The notes under the pieces: model-generated
Told to the model about the DNA's origin: nothing
Database searches by the model: none
What the model saw: only the letters and a program-made list of their open reading frames with translations
DNA from: Paramicrosporidium saccamoebae KSL3
Lineage: Eukaryota > Fungi > Cryptomycota
Direction: 5' to 3'
Assembly: GCA_002794465.1 (NCBI GenBank)
Contig: MTSL01000205.1
Location: 61,743-93,742 of the forward strand
Length of the DNA: 32,000 nt
Program-made: the position numbers and the translations under genes
Part shown: piece by piece, positions 22,156 to 31,810 of the stretch
How positions within the stretch are numbered: position 1 is the stretch's first letter
Layout: every line of letters begins with the position of its first letter

Positions 22156-23181
22156 ATGTCCGTCCCACTCACATCCATCCAATATACACCCTCCACAGGA
22201 CCGCATCTCCGCGGTCGCACCATTCTCATCACAGGCGCTTCACGCGGCATCGGACGCGCCATTGCGCTGCGGATGGCACGCGACGGGGCAAATGTGGCCA
22301 TCCTCGCCAAAACAGTGGACCCGCATGGAAAGCTCCCCGGGACTATTTACACAGTGGCAGAGGAGGTACGTTCGGCAGGGGGACGGGCATTGCCATTGCA
22401 ATGCGACATTCGGGACGAGAAACAGGTGGAGGAGGCAGTCCGACGGACAGTGGAGGAGTTTGGGGGCATTGATGTGGTGGTGAACAATGCGAGCGCAATT
22501 AGTCTGACCAGCAGCGCCAACACGAACATGAAGAAATATGACCTGATGCATGACATTAACGTACGGGGCACATATTGTGTCTCACGGACTGCCCTTCCAT
22601 GGCTGCTCAAGTCGTCTTGTGCACATATTCTGTCGCTGTCTCCTCCCTTGTCCATGAAGGGGGGATGGTTTGCACCCCATCCAGCCTACACCATGTCCAA
22701 ATACGGAATGTCCATGGTGACCTTGGGATTGGCCGCCGAGTTGGAGGGACGTGTAGCAGTGAATTCCCTCTGGCCCCGTACAGTCATTTCAACGTCCGCC
22801 CTACAGGCATTTGCAGGGGATCAGCGTACCATTGCGTGGGGGCTGATGTGTAGTGGATGAGTTGCATCGCAAAGCACGGACGGCGGAAATTATGGCGGAC
22901 GCCGCCTATTCCATCTTTTGCCAACCCCCAAAGGCCTTTACGTACCACGGTGAATTATTTTAACGCGGATCTAGGGCAGTCTTTGCCATTGATGAGGCGG
23001 TGATGGCGGCCCAGGGAGTGCGGGATCTTGGACTGTATGCCTGTGTGGCCGGTGAGCGTGACTTTGGCACCGGTTATTAGTTGTCTGAATTTGACCTGTA
23101 GATTTGTTCATTGAGGAAAAGGAATACACTGTGCCTCCCATGAAGAAAGTCTTGTCCCCTGGCCAGAAATCCAAGTTGTAA
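22156..23181 (+). CDS. HSDL2: HSDL2-like short-chain dehydrogenase/reductase with C-terminal PTS1 (-SKL)
   Basis: join(22156..22825,22854..22941,22975..23072,23102..23181), 311 aa; introns of 28, 33 and 29 nt. ITGASRGIG, KLPGTIYT, NNASAISLT, YTMSKYGMS, NSLWPRT, IMADAAY. No SCP2 domain. Confidence 0.8.
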
Positions 23182-23401
23182 ATTGTCTAGTCCTACATAA
23201 TAATTGTAACTGAGGTTCGGATCATTATGGTTGCTGTATTATTCGCCGAAAGTTTGCTATACTATCTCAATTTACCCAATACCCGACATTCGGTATTCAT
23301 TATCCTTTAGACTATTCACTCGACACCAAACACCTACTACACTCGCTACTCACGACCCAACAAAACTCACCACTCAAGAACACTCAATAATACTCATTGG
23401 T

Positions 23402-26107
23402 TTAGTTTAAATTGAAACGAGTAACTATGTCTAGTGGAATGGTACGACAATATTCAGACCAACCATCTCCTATTCGATTTTTCATGAGAACGACCAGGGA
23501 GAGAAAGGCTGCCTCCAGTTGGGGGGAGCCGCGTGTACAATTAATGCTGCTAAAGAGGGCAGGGACGGCTTCTGGGGTGAGCAAATCGGAATGGCGGTGG
23601 AGCATGGCCACCATGGGCAGCCAGGCCGATTGGCATTCGTCAATATCAGTGTCAAGAGCGATCATTTGGGCCCAGCGAGGCAAAACTGCGCCGAGCGCCA
23701 TAGGAGGTGGAGCAATGATCAAACAGCGTCCCAGACAAACTGCCACATTCTCCAAGTACGATGTGTGCACGTTGGTATAAGTGAGGAGTTGACATAGTGA
23801 ATCACCGAGATTAATGACCACCGGAGCAATCTGTGGGAAACGACCGCATTGGACCAACTCTCCCAGGGCCCAAACGGCATTGTTTGCAGAACCGTGGGTG
23901 GCAGTGTCGCGCAGGGGGTCCATGTGAGCAGCAATAGCGGGAATCAACGTATCCAAAACAAATTCAGGCTTAAGGACCTCGGAACACTTTTCGGCAAGGT
24001 CCCCGACGAGTGCAAACGCAGCTTGACGCATCTGTGGACGCGGCTCAGTACAGCACCGTTGCAGAATAGTGTCCAATCGCACTGTTGAAAGCAAAGGACA
24101 AAGGGCAGGTCCAAGTCCTTGAACCAGGGCGCCGATGAGATCAAGGGCGACAATGCAGAAATCAAAGTCGATTTCCGTGTCGGGACTGGCAACTAACACC
24201 ACAGCCTTTAGCGTGGTCTCTGCCATGGCCACACAGCGCTGCAAAATGACCGAGGCAAAAGGCGCCATCAATGCCCCCACCCCCACGGAAATGGAACAAA
24301 TGCATTCCAACAGGGCAAACAGAGAGGGATCGTTTTCATCAGTGTCCACCCATCGCTGCATCAAAAGAGGCAATATGAGGGAAAATGCTTCCAAATCCGC
24401 GTGGTCCAAACAGTCAATGCGGTCCGCAATAGTGCCCACCATATCGTACAATACCGCGACATTTCGATTTGGATAAAAGGAGAGGACTTTGTGGGCCGTC
24501 TGCATAATGAGCGGCAAAATAGATCCAGTCAAGGCACACTGCTTCTCCGCAAAGACACTGACGGCCGTGCAGGCGGCATGTTGCACCCGCTTGTTGGAAT
24601 CACCCATCAGCTGGACGAGTGCGGTCAGAACCGCTGGAACAGCTAAATGACCCGCGTAGCGACTGAGGGTCCATGCTGAAATGGCACGCACAATGGGCAC
24701 TGTACTTTGCAAACATTGCAGCAGAAAGGGCGTTAGTTGGACAATGTGTTGGTCCATGGCCGCACTGCATCCCTCTGCCACTGCCCCCAATGCCAAAATG
24801 CCCGCCTCCTGCGCCTTCCAATCAGTACTCATCAAATTGGCACTGATCAGCGGAAGTAATATGGCTAGGAACGGCGCCTCGTCCATTGTTGTGGCCAAAA
24901 CATCAATGGTGGCCGCTGAGCATTTACGCAATGTCCATGCTCCATACATTTCGTCTTCGTCCTCATCATCTTCTTCTTCGTTACTGTCTATTTCACCTTC
25001 TTCATTCTCTTGATCATTTCCATTACCACTTTCACCCTTTTCATTCTCTTTCTTCTTTTCACCCCGAAGAACGGCATTGTGATGACGTGGTCGAACATTG
25101 TTCAACTGTTCCATTTGAGCCGTCGTTTCGCGATTCGCCTCCAACTCGGGATCGTCGTCGGCATAGATAGTGTTGGCCAGTAGCACCGGTAAAAGACGTG
25201 GCATTATTCCCAGCAGCATTTCTTGCAGTGTCTCTGTGGAATCACGCTCTGCCAATGCTAACCAAAACTCGGCCGCCTCTAATGCCACTGCGTCTTCATT
25301 TGCTCCCTTTTCCACACATTTCAACATAAATTCCATAATCGATGGAAGTGTCGGACCCAGGCCATCTCCATGTGCCTCCAATAACAAATTCAGCGATTGA
25401 CAAATGATTCGACGCATTGTCGGCTCAGTGTCCACCGTTGCTCGATGCGATAATACGGTCAGTAGTTCCTGGAGCAATGCGCCCTCGATGACGTCGTCTT
25501 GCAGGATGAAACAGTTAACTGCCTTTAGTAGTCCCGCCTGTTTTGTCTCTTCCCTTTGCAAAAGCCTCAGCATCCCTCCAATGATTCTCCCAATATTCAC
25601 ATCTGTTGCCAACTCATCTGCTACATCTTCACATATCTTTGCCAATGCTTCGGCTGCTGCTCTCGCTGCGTTTGCGTCACCTTGTCCTGCCGTCTGAAGA
25701 AGCGTTGGAAGGAGGTCCGGCCATGCTGTGGTTAGCTGACGGCCCAGTCGCAGCGCCACTCCCGCCAGCAGGGTGCCCAGTGTGCCTCGCACCAGCGTCG
25801 TTCCGTCATGCAGTAGTCCCAATACGTTGCATTGCTGCATGAATGCCACCGTCTCCAATGGAAATGTGTCCCGTCGTCGTACATTATTCTTCAGCACGAG
25901 TCCTGCCATACTGCGGATGGTCTCGTTCATTCCTGTGTCTGGCGGACTCGTCAGCACTATCAACATGTACAAGTCTGCCTCTGGCAGCGCACAAAAATCT
26001 TCCATCGACTTTGCTATCTCACGCTGCTGAGATGCATCCCGTACCGTACTCGCCGCTGTCAGCAGCTTTACCAAATACTCTAAATATTCTCGGTTCGCCT
26101 GCCACAT
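23402..26107 (-). CDS. KAP104: Transportin-1 / importin beta-2 (Kap104)
   Basis: 901 aa, intronless HEAT-repeat protein. RSMAGLVLKNN, VALEAAEFW, acidic H8 loop followed by WTLRKCSAATIDVLA, EAGILALGAVAEGC, DSNKRVQHAACTA, SANNAVWALGE, LENVAVCLGR. Confidence 0.9.
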   Translation of the reverse strand: MWQANREYLEYLVKLLTAASTVRDASQQREIAKSMEDFCALPEADLYMLIVLTSPPDTGMNETIRSMAGLVLKNNVRRRDTFPLETVAFMQQCNVLGLLHDGTTLVRGTLGTLLAGVALRLGRQLTTAWPDLLPTLLQTAGQGDANAARAAAEALAKICEDVADELATDVNIGRIIGGMLRLLQREETKQAGLLKAVNCFILQDDVIEGALLQELLTVLSHRATVDTEPTMRRIICQSLNLLLEAHGDGLGPTLPSIMEFMLKCVEKGANEDAVALEAAEFWLALAERDSTETLQEMLLGIMPRLLPVLLANTIYADDDPELEANRETTAQMEQLNNVRPRHHNAVLRGEKKKENEKGESGNGNDQENEEGEIDSNEEEDDEDEDEMYGAWTLRKCSAATIDVLATTMDEAPFLAILLPLISANLMSTDWKAQEAGILALGAVAEGCSAAMDQHIVQLTPFLLQCLQSTVPIVRAISAWTLSRYAGHLAVPAVLTALVQLMGDSNKRVQHAACTAVSVFAEKQCALTGSILPLIMQTAHKVLSFYPNRNVAVLYDMVGTIADRIDCLDHADLEAFSLILPLLMQRWVDTDENDPSLFALLECICSISVGVGALMAPFASVILQRCVAMAETTLKAVVLVASPDTEIDFDFCIVALDLIGALVQGLGPALCPLLSTVRLDTILQRCCTEPRPQMRQAAFALVGDLAEKCSEVLKPEFVLDTLIPAIAAHMDPLRDTATHGSANNAVWALGELVQCGRFPQIAPVVINLGDSLCQLLTYTNVHTSYLENVAVCLGRCLIIAPPPMALGAVLPRWAQMIALDTDIDECQSAWLPMVAMLHRHSDLLTPEAVPALFSSINCTRGSPQLEAAFLSLVVLMKNRIGDGWSEYCRTIPLDIVTRFNLN

Positions 26108-26411
26108 CCCCGTTGGGCTGTTAACTATTAATTATATTTATCATCTTTATCCTGCAATCAATCTACGAAAACCAAGGATTCTGACAGATCCTTGTGTGTT
26201 AATAAGCGAGAGTCTTCTCTTCAGATTATATGGCACCTTTATAAGCAGATACTGTTTATCGTCTTGCTTTCATCCTAGCCTGTAAATATACTCTTTCACA
26301 ATAATATTTAATTATAGGCTGACATGCCCCCTTGTAAAACAGCCATCAGATCATCGTTCCCAATATGGGTTATTGCTCCACAGACATGGCTGGTTGTAAT
26401 TTTGGCCGCTG

Positions 26412-28616
26412 ATGAAGTTCCTCTGGTGCGTTGTGCTTCGACTATGCGCATGTTCTTCCACACAGAATGCAAATTGGATTAACCAGCTCTCCAATTTTGA
26501 TATAGACCCGTTACGGGGTAACATGGATGACGACATTTTCGACCCCGCAATGACTTTTGAGTCGACACTTTGGGATTTTCCACCTACGCAGACAAACTTG
26601 CCGACTGATGTTTCAACGCTCACTACCACTGAAACACCACAGAGGGACTGCTTACGTCAGCCGTACGCCGAGTTGTCAGATGCAGTTGCCCCGTTCCCTC
26701 TGTCTGCCTCAAAGGGGATTAGTGATGTTGCTACCACCGAGTCGCTGATTGAAGCACTTCAGGTATACTCTAGACTCCACAACGCGAATAATAACAGTGT
26801 CTCTTTTATGACTCGAGCCGATGGTGACAAATTGAGCATGCCTCCGCCCAGAAAAAATAATGCGATTGCAGAGCCGCCATCTCAACGAGGCGAGACGCAA
26901 GTCAACAACAATAACCGTCCGGCAGTATTCTTAGTTAACAAGGACTATTGGAAAGGTAGATTATGTACATCTCAACCCAAGGAAACTGTGACAATAACAA
27001 ATATACAATCGAAAACGGCCGAGTCTGATCGTCAAGAAATTACATGCTCATCTGAGGAATTGTCAGGTGGTGCCATTTTGTATTCTGAAGAGGCCTCCTC
27101 TTCCTCCATAGACAGCGAACCGCGCACGCCAGAGATACGACCACTAGCTGCACGCTCACAATCTGAAGAGACACAGCCTCCCCAGGTGTCGCCTGATGAA
27201 TTGACTCAACGAACAGTTTGGTTTCGCAGACCTTGCGGACCCCATTCTACCTCTCAAACCACCGCCCACGATGGGTTGCTAGCCATTGTCTTTACTGAAC
27301 GTCACTATTATGGGCCGTTTCTGCTCACTGTCTATTCCGTCCACATGGCGGGTAGAAATATGACCATGGGTTGTCGAATATCCAAGGACAGAATTGTATT
27401 GCTGGATGGTTACAGGATGCACAATTCAGTAAAAGGAAAGTCTGACAAGAAATGGATCCACCATGATCTTAACGAGACAACCTTGGCACCCGGACAATTC
27501 AAGAATCTGTTTCCATTGGATTCTGATGGCCTCGTTGTGGCTCTCCGGGATAATAATCGGTTGGTGATAGCATCATACGGCAGGCCTCCATTGGGAGTAA
27601 TTCTTCTCCGTCCCGAAGGTGATTATCTCATTCCCGTTATTCGTTCATCTGATGACACTGTCAAGGCCCAGAATGTTCAGAATGGTGATGTTGTTGTGGT
27701 GGGACCACTTTGGGGAATCTCGAAATTGGTATCGAGAGATCAAACGTTGAACACGAGCTTGTCGACGAAAAAGATTGCAGAAAAGGTTTGTGACTCGAAC
27801 ACGGCAAAGTCGCTCTGTATCGTGGCCACCATTTCCACATGTCAAAATCCGAAACCGAAAAAGACCACTCAGCAACCGAGAAAAGTTGTAAAGACGGCCG
27901 GGCAACAACTTTCTAGATTCGTTCCCCATCAGGTTCCAGGCTCTTTGAATCAGACGACAGCCAAAGAGTCAACCGAACCAACGCAATGGTTTTCTACAGG
28001 CAGGCAGCTTCATTCCATCTCTCAAACCAGCGTTAGTAAAGTTCAGTCTCCCGTCGTCTTCTCTGAACGCCACTTTTATGGTGTGTTGAAGCCAGCCATC
28101 CATGCCAGCCACATGACAGGTCACAATCGCGCCATGGGCTACCGGATAACGCAGGATCGGATTCTATTGTTGGATGGCTACGGGAAGGACAATTTATCGA
28201 GGCGAAAGGCTGACAAGAAGTGGATAAAGCACAAACTTGACAAAGAACTGTTAGAGATTGGAAAATTCAAAAATGTTTATCCACTGCAGGCTGATGGCCT
28301 TGTTGTTGCTCTTTGTAATAATAATCAATTGGTAATGGCGTCGTATGGCAATCCCCCAGTGGGAGCGATTCTTTTCCGCCCTAGAGAAGGAAATCTGGAT
28401 GCTGTTGCACATTCCTCCACTGATACTGTCAAGTCTCATGAGGTTCAAGATGGCGATGTTGCTGTGATGGGGCCGTTAGAGTCGATTTCAAAGCTACAAT
28501 CCGGAAACCTGAAATTGATCTCGGGCGATTCGCTAGAGAAAATGGCCAAGCAGGTTTATGGGTCTAACTCTGTACTGTCACTTTGTATTATCGCCACCAT
28601 CTCCATTAAACAGTGA
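26412..28616 (+). CDS. Secreted lineage-specific protein with two copies of a degenerate PP2C-like domain
   Basis: Signal-like MKFLWCVVLRLCACSS; low-complexity linker; two ~210-aa repeats (about 27195-27840 and 27980-28613) sharing F.ERH.YG, RI.LLDG, DGLVVAL..NN.LV.ASYG.PP.G, VQ.GDV.V.GP. The PP2C assignment is my motif reading (about 0.45). Confidence 0.7.
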   Translation: MKFLWCVVLRLCACSSTQNANWINQLSNFDIDPLRGNMDDDIFDPAMTFESTLWDFPPTQTNLPTDVSTLTTTETPQRDCLRQPYAELSDAVAPFPLSASKGISDVATTESLIEALQVYSRLHNANNNSVSFMTRADGDKLSMPPPRKNNAIAEPPSQRGETQVNNNNRPAVFLVNKDYWKGRLCTSQPKETVTITNIQSKTAESDRQEITCSSEELSGGAILYSEEASSSSIDSEPRTPEIRPLAARSQSEETQPPQVSPDELTQRTVWFRRPCGPHSTSQTTAHDGLLAIVFTERHYYGPFLLTVYSVHMAGRNMTMGCRISKDRIVLLDGYRMHNSVKGKSDKKWIHHDLNETTLAPGQFKNLFPLDSDGLVVALRDNNRLVIASYGRPPLGVILLRPEGDYLIPVIRSSDDTVKAQNVQNGDVVVVGPLWGISKLVSRDQTLNTSLSTKKIAEKVCDSNTAKSLCIVATISTCQNPKPKKTTQQPRKVVKTAGQQLSRFVPHQVPGSLNQTTAKESTEPTQWFSTGRQLHSISQTSVSKVQSPVVFSERHFYGVLKPAIHASHMTGHNRAMGYRITQDRILLLDGYGKDNLSRRKADKKWIKHKLDKELLEIGKFKNVYPLQADGLVVALCNNNQLVMASYGNPPVGAILFRPREGNLDAVAHSSTDTVKSHEVQDGDVAVMGPLESISKLQSGNLKLISGDSLEKMAKQVYGSNSVLSLCIIATISIKQ

Positions 28617-28749
28617 GTCGATTAAATATGGTACTTCGTCGCCATTAGACAGCCTATTATCCTTTTTTTCCTCCGAGTCGATCAGATTGCAGTTCCCAAT
28701 ATAGGTTATTCCCACCCAGGCAGGACCGCTGGTTCGCCAGTGCGCTTTG

Positions 28750-30105
28750 ATGAATTTCCTTTGGCTTGTTGTGTTCCAAATGCATGCGTGTGTACGCGGC
28801 TCATTGCCGGGTAATAACTCGTCAAAGCGATCCTCTCAAACTGATGTAGGTCAGTCATTTGAAGATGGGTATGGAGACATGTATGCCACCGCTGACGAGG
28901 ATCCGTACCTGGACTTGTCGGACTCTTGGGTACATTCGCTGGACTGTAACCCGCCATCTTGGGAGGTGCCTGTGCAACTACCGTGTGCTGAGCAATTGCA
29001 TACAACTACTCAGGACCCAGAGCCTGCCCTCCAGGCACCCAGTAATATCGAGCATCTAGAGCCCCACAGCAGCGCGTTGCAGGCAGTTTCTGGTGGGAAC
29101 AAGAGGGGTCCTTCTTCTTCAGATCTCTCAAAACGCAACACCAAAAGGTTGAGAACGGCCCTCGATAGTTATCAGAAATTCTCTTCGCGTGCAATTCGAC
29201 ATGAAAGAGCTATAACAGTGGCAGGTCGTAGCCCTGATAATCCACAACTAGTAGAATCCAGACTTGCAGAACGACCCGAGGGACGTATTGAAGAGGGTCA
29301 ATGTGCTCCAAGAGCCTCATCCCATGCGGATGCTGCGTCTCAAACAACTCCCTTTACGGTAAACGAGTCAAAGACAGAACCACCAATTGTAAATCAACAG
29401 TCCAAGGTGAAGCAAACTGTCTTGTATGCGCCACCTGTCACATCCGCCGAACTGACTGGACGAGCAGTTTGGTTTCCAAACATTGTCACCCCCTATTTTA
29501 AATCCCAATCATACGTTGACACAACGGAGCCCGCTGTTATTTTTTCTTCCCTCTGTACCCACGGAGTAGTGATTTCAATAAGTCACAAGGGCTATATGGC
29601 AAAGTACCTCAAGCACGTAAGTTATCGAGTAGATTCAAACAAGATCATTTTCATGGATGGTTCCGACCAAAAAGTCGCCGATTGGACATGTTCCAAATAT
29701 TTCTTGAAAGATAACCTTGACGAGGATGATCTAAAGACTGAAGAATTTCGTAAATTGTGTCCGCTGAAAGACAATGGTCTCGTTGTGTCTCTCTCGGATA
29801 ATCATCAGATTGTAATGGCCTCGTATGGCAAACCTCCACTGGGTGTAATTATTCTCCGTTCTGACGGAACTCATATTTTCCCTATTGCTCGCTCAGCCGA
29901 CAACTTCATTACAACAGTAGATATTCAGGATGGTGATTTTGCTGTGGTGGGGCCATTTAAGGCAATTTCAAAGCTGCAATCGAAGAGGCTAATATTGTTC
30001 GCGAATGAATCGATAAAGGAAATGGCTGGAAGGGTTTATGGGTCTGCGCCAGGAAATTCACTCTGTGTTATAGCCACCATTACTGTTCGACAACCGGCAA
30101 AATAA
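28750..30105 (+). CDS. Secreted paralog with one degenerate PP2C-like domain
   Basis: ATG at 28750 (the ORF track starts at an upstream TTG). MNFLWLVVFQMHACVRG; C-terminal domain with KIIFMDG, NGLVVSLSDNHQIVMASYGKPPLG, IQDGDFAVVGP. Confidence 0.7.
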   Translation: MNFLWLVVFQMHACVRGSLPGNNSSKRSSQTDVGQSFEDGYGDMYATADEDPYLDLSDSWVHSLDCNPPSWEVPVQLPCAEQLHTTTQDPEPALQAPSNIEHLEPHSSALQAVSGGNKRGPSSSDLSKRNTKRLRTALDSYQKFSSRAIRHERAITVAGRSPDNPQLVESRLAERPEGRIEEGQCAPRASSHADAASQTTPFTVNESKTEPPIVNQQSKVKQTVLYAPPVTSAELTGRAVWFPNIVTPYFKSQSYVDTTEPAVIFSSLCTHGVVISISHKGYMAKYLKHVSYRVDSNKIIFMDGSDQKVADWTCSKYFLKDNLDEDDLKTEEFRKLCPLKDNGLVVSLSDNHQIVMASYGKPPLGVIILRSDGTHIFPIARSADNFITTVDIQDGDFAVVGPFKAISKLQSKRLILFANESIKEMAGRVYGSAPGNSLCVIATITVRQPAK

Positions 30106-30205
30106 ATATGGTGTAGTTCTTTCCTACTAGATTGCCTTTTATCCTTCATCAAAGTTTATTAGATCGCAACTCTCAACTTGCGAGCTGCCACCCCGGCGCA
30201 ATTTG

Positions 30206-31810
30206 ATGAAATTTCTTTGGTTCTTCATGTCCCAACTATGTGCATGTACACTTTTTTCAACACAGAGCAATAGCGCCTTTAATCAAACCCCCCAAATTGA
30301 TATGGACCAGTCATTGGACGAGTTGTATTTTGACTTGCTTGCCACGGATAGTGAGAATTCGCGCCTGGACTTGTCAATCCCGTGGGGACATTCACTGCCT
30401 TACGAGTCATTACCTCGAAAGGTATCTAAGCAACCGCCGAGCGTTAAAAGTTCGTTTGAAGTCCAATTGGCTCCAACACCTAGTTTTCAGGCGTCTAGCG
30501 ATGCCGATCCTTCAGATCTCCCCAGTAGCGTGTTGCAGTCATTTCCTGATGCGGACAAGTTGAGTCGCATATTTTTGGATCAGTTGAAGAGCAATATTGA
30601 CGAGTTACAAACATGCATTGATGACCATTCGGCGTTACCCTCGCGCAATGTTCAGCACGATGAGACTACAACAATGGCAAGTTGTAACATTGATAATCCA
30701 CAATTGGCGGGGACCAGACCTGATCATCCAAATTCCCACAGTAGTGAGCTACACCCATTGTCTGATGCGGGCAAGATGGGTCGCATATTTTTGGATCAGT
30801 TGAAACGCAATATTGAAGAGTTACAAGCATACGTCAATGATCATTCAACATTGTCCTCGCATGATATCCAGCACAACGAGGCTATAATACCGGCAGGTTA
30901 TAGCGTCAACAGTCCACACTCAGCGGAGATCGAACCTGGCCCCCGAGTATTTTCAGGCTTACATGAGAAGCCTACCGGTGATGACTGCTCGTTTTCTGAA
31001 ACTCTTCCCTCTCCTTTTCATGCAGATACTGCGTCTCAAACAGACCCCCCTACGTTAAATGAATTGGAGACAGAACTAACAACTGTATGTCAACAGTCCA
31101 AGGAGAGGCAACCTGTCTTTCGTGTACCACCTGTCACATCCGCTGAACTAAATGGACGAGTGGTTTGGCAATTCAGACAAAACTGTTGTAACTATGTGCT
31201 TCAATCAGGGGCTGGTGAGACAGCATCTCCCGTCATATTCTCCGAGCGTTGCATCTACGGAGAAATAACTACAAAATGCTACAAAAACCATATGGGAAGT
31301 TACCTAAAAGGCGTAAGTTACCGAATAGATTCGAACAGGATCATATTTATGGATGGCTTCGCACATGGCGTGGACAATTGGACGCTCTCCAATGTTTTTG
31401 TTCCACACGAACTTGACGAGAAGAACTTGAAGGTTGAAGAATTTCGTAAACTGTATCCATTGAAGGATAATGGTTTCGTTGCTTTTCTCTCGGAGAATCG
31501 CCAGCTCGTGATGGCATCGTATGGCAAGCCCCCACTGGGTGCAATTATTCTCCGTTCTGATGGGACTAATCTTGTACCTATTGCTCGTTCGACAGATAAT
31601 GTTATCACAGTGGCAAGTGTTCAGAATGGTGATTTTGTTGTGGTGGGGCCGTTTGGAGCAATGTTAGAGCTGCAATCGAGAAGGCTGAATCTGATTGCGA
31701 ACGAATCGATAAAGGAAATGGCTGAAAAGGTTTATGGGATTTTGCCAGAAAAGTCATTCTGCATTGTAGCCAGTATCCTACCACGTAAAGCTGACAAATG
31801 TGCCCCGTAG
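30206..31810 (+). CDS. Secreted paralog with internal 72-aa duplication and one degenerate PP2C-like domain
   Basis: ATG at 30206. MKFLWFFMSQLCACTLFS; RIIFMDGFAHGVDNW, LVMASYGKPPLGAIILRSDG, VQNGDFVVVGP. Confidence 0.7.
   Translation: MKFLWFFMSQLCACTLFSTQSNSAFNQTPQIDMDQSLDELYFDLLATDSENSRLDLSIPWGHSLPYESLPRKVSKQPPSVKSSFEVQLAPTPSFQASSDADPSDLPSSVLQSFPDADKLSRIFLDQLKSNIDELQTCIDDHSALPSRNVQHDETTTMASCNIDNPQLAGTRPDHPNSHSSELHPLSDAGKMGRIFLDQLKRNIEELQAYVNDHSTLSSHDIQHNEAIIPAGYSVNSPHSAEIEPGPRVFSGLHEKPTGDDCSFSETLPSPFHADTASQTDPPTLNELETELTTVCQQSKERQPVFRVPPVTSAELNGRVVWQFRQNCCNYVLQSGAGETASPVIFSERCIYGEITTKCYKNHMGSYLKGVSYRIDSNRIIFMDGFAHGVDNWTLSNVFVPHELDEKNLKVEEFRKLYPLKDNGFVAFLSENRQLVMASYGKPPLGAIILRSDGTNLVPIARSTDNVITVASVQNGDFVVVGPFGAMLELQSRRLNLIANESIKEMAEKVYGILPEKSFCIVASILPRKADKCAP
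30546..30890 (+). repeat. Internal coding duplication, 216-nt period
   Basis: DADKLSRIFLDQLKSNIDELQ (from 30546) versus DAGKMGRIFLDQLKRNIEELQ (from 30762); gtcgcatatttttggatcagttgaa is identical in both copies. Confidence 0.9.

Noticed and set aside
21864-22310. Overlap of the PHD and SDR ORFs as a true overlapping gene pair
   Set aside because: The overlap disappears with ATG 22136 (minus) and ATG 22156 (plus), where the recognisable domains begin.
12746-31810. Tandem families as transposons or integrated viral DNA
   Set aside because: No transposase, reverse transcriptase, integrase, terminal repeats or viral hallmark genes; composition is similar to the flanking genes.
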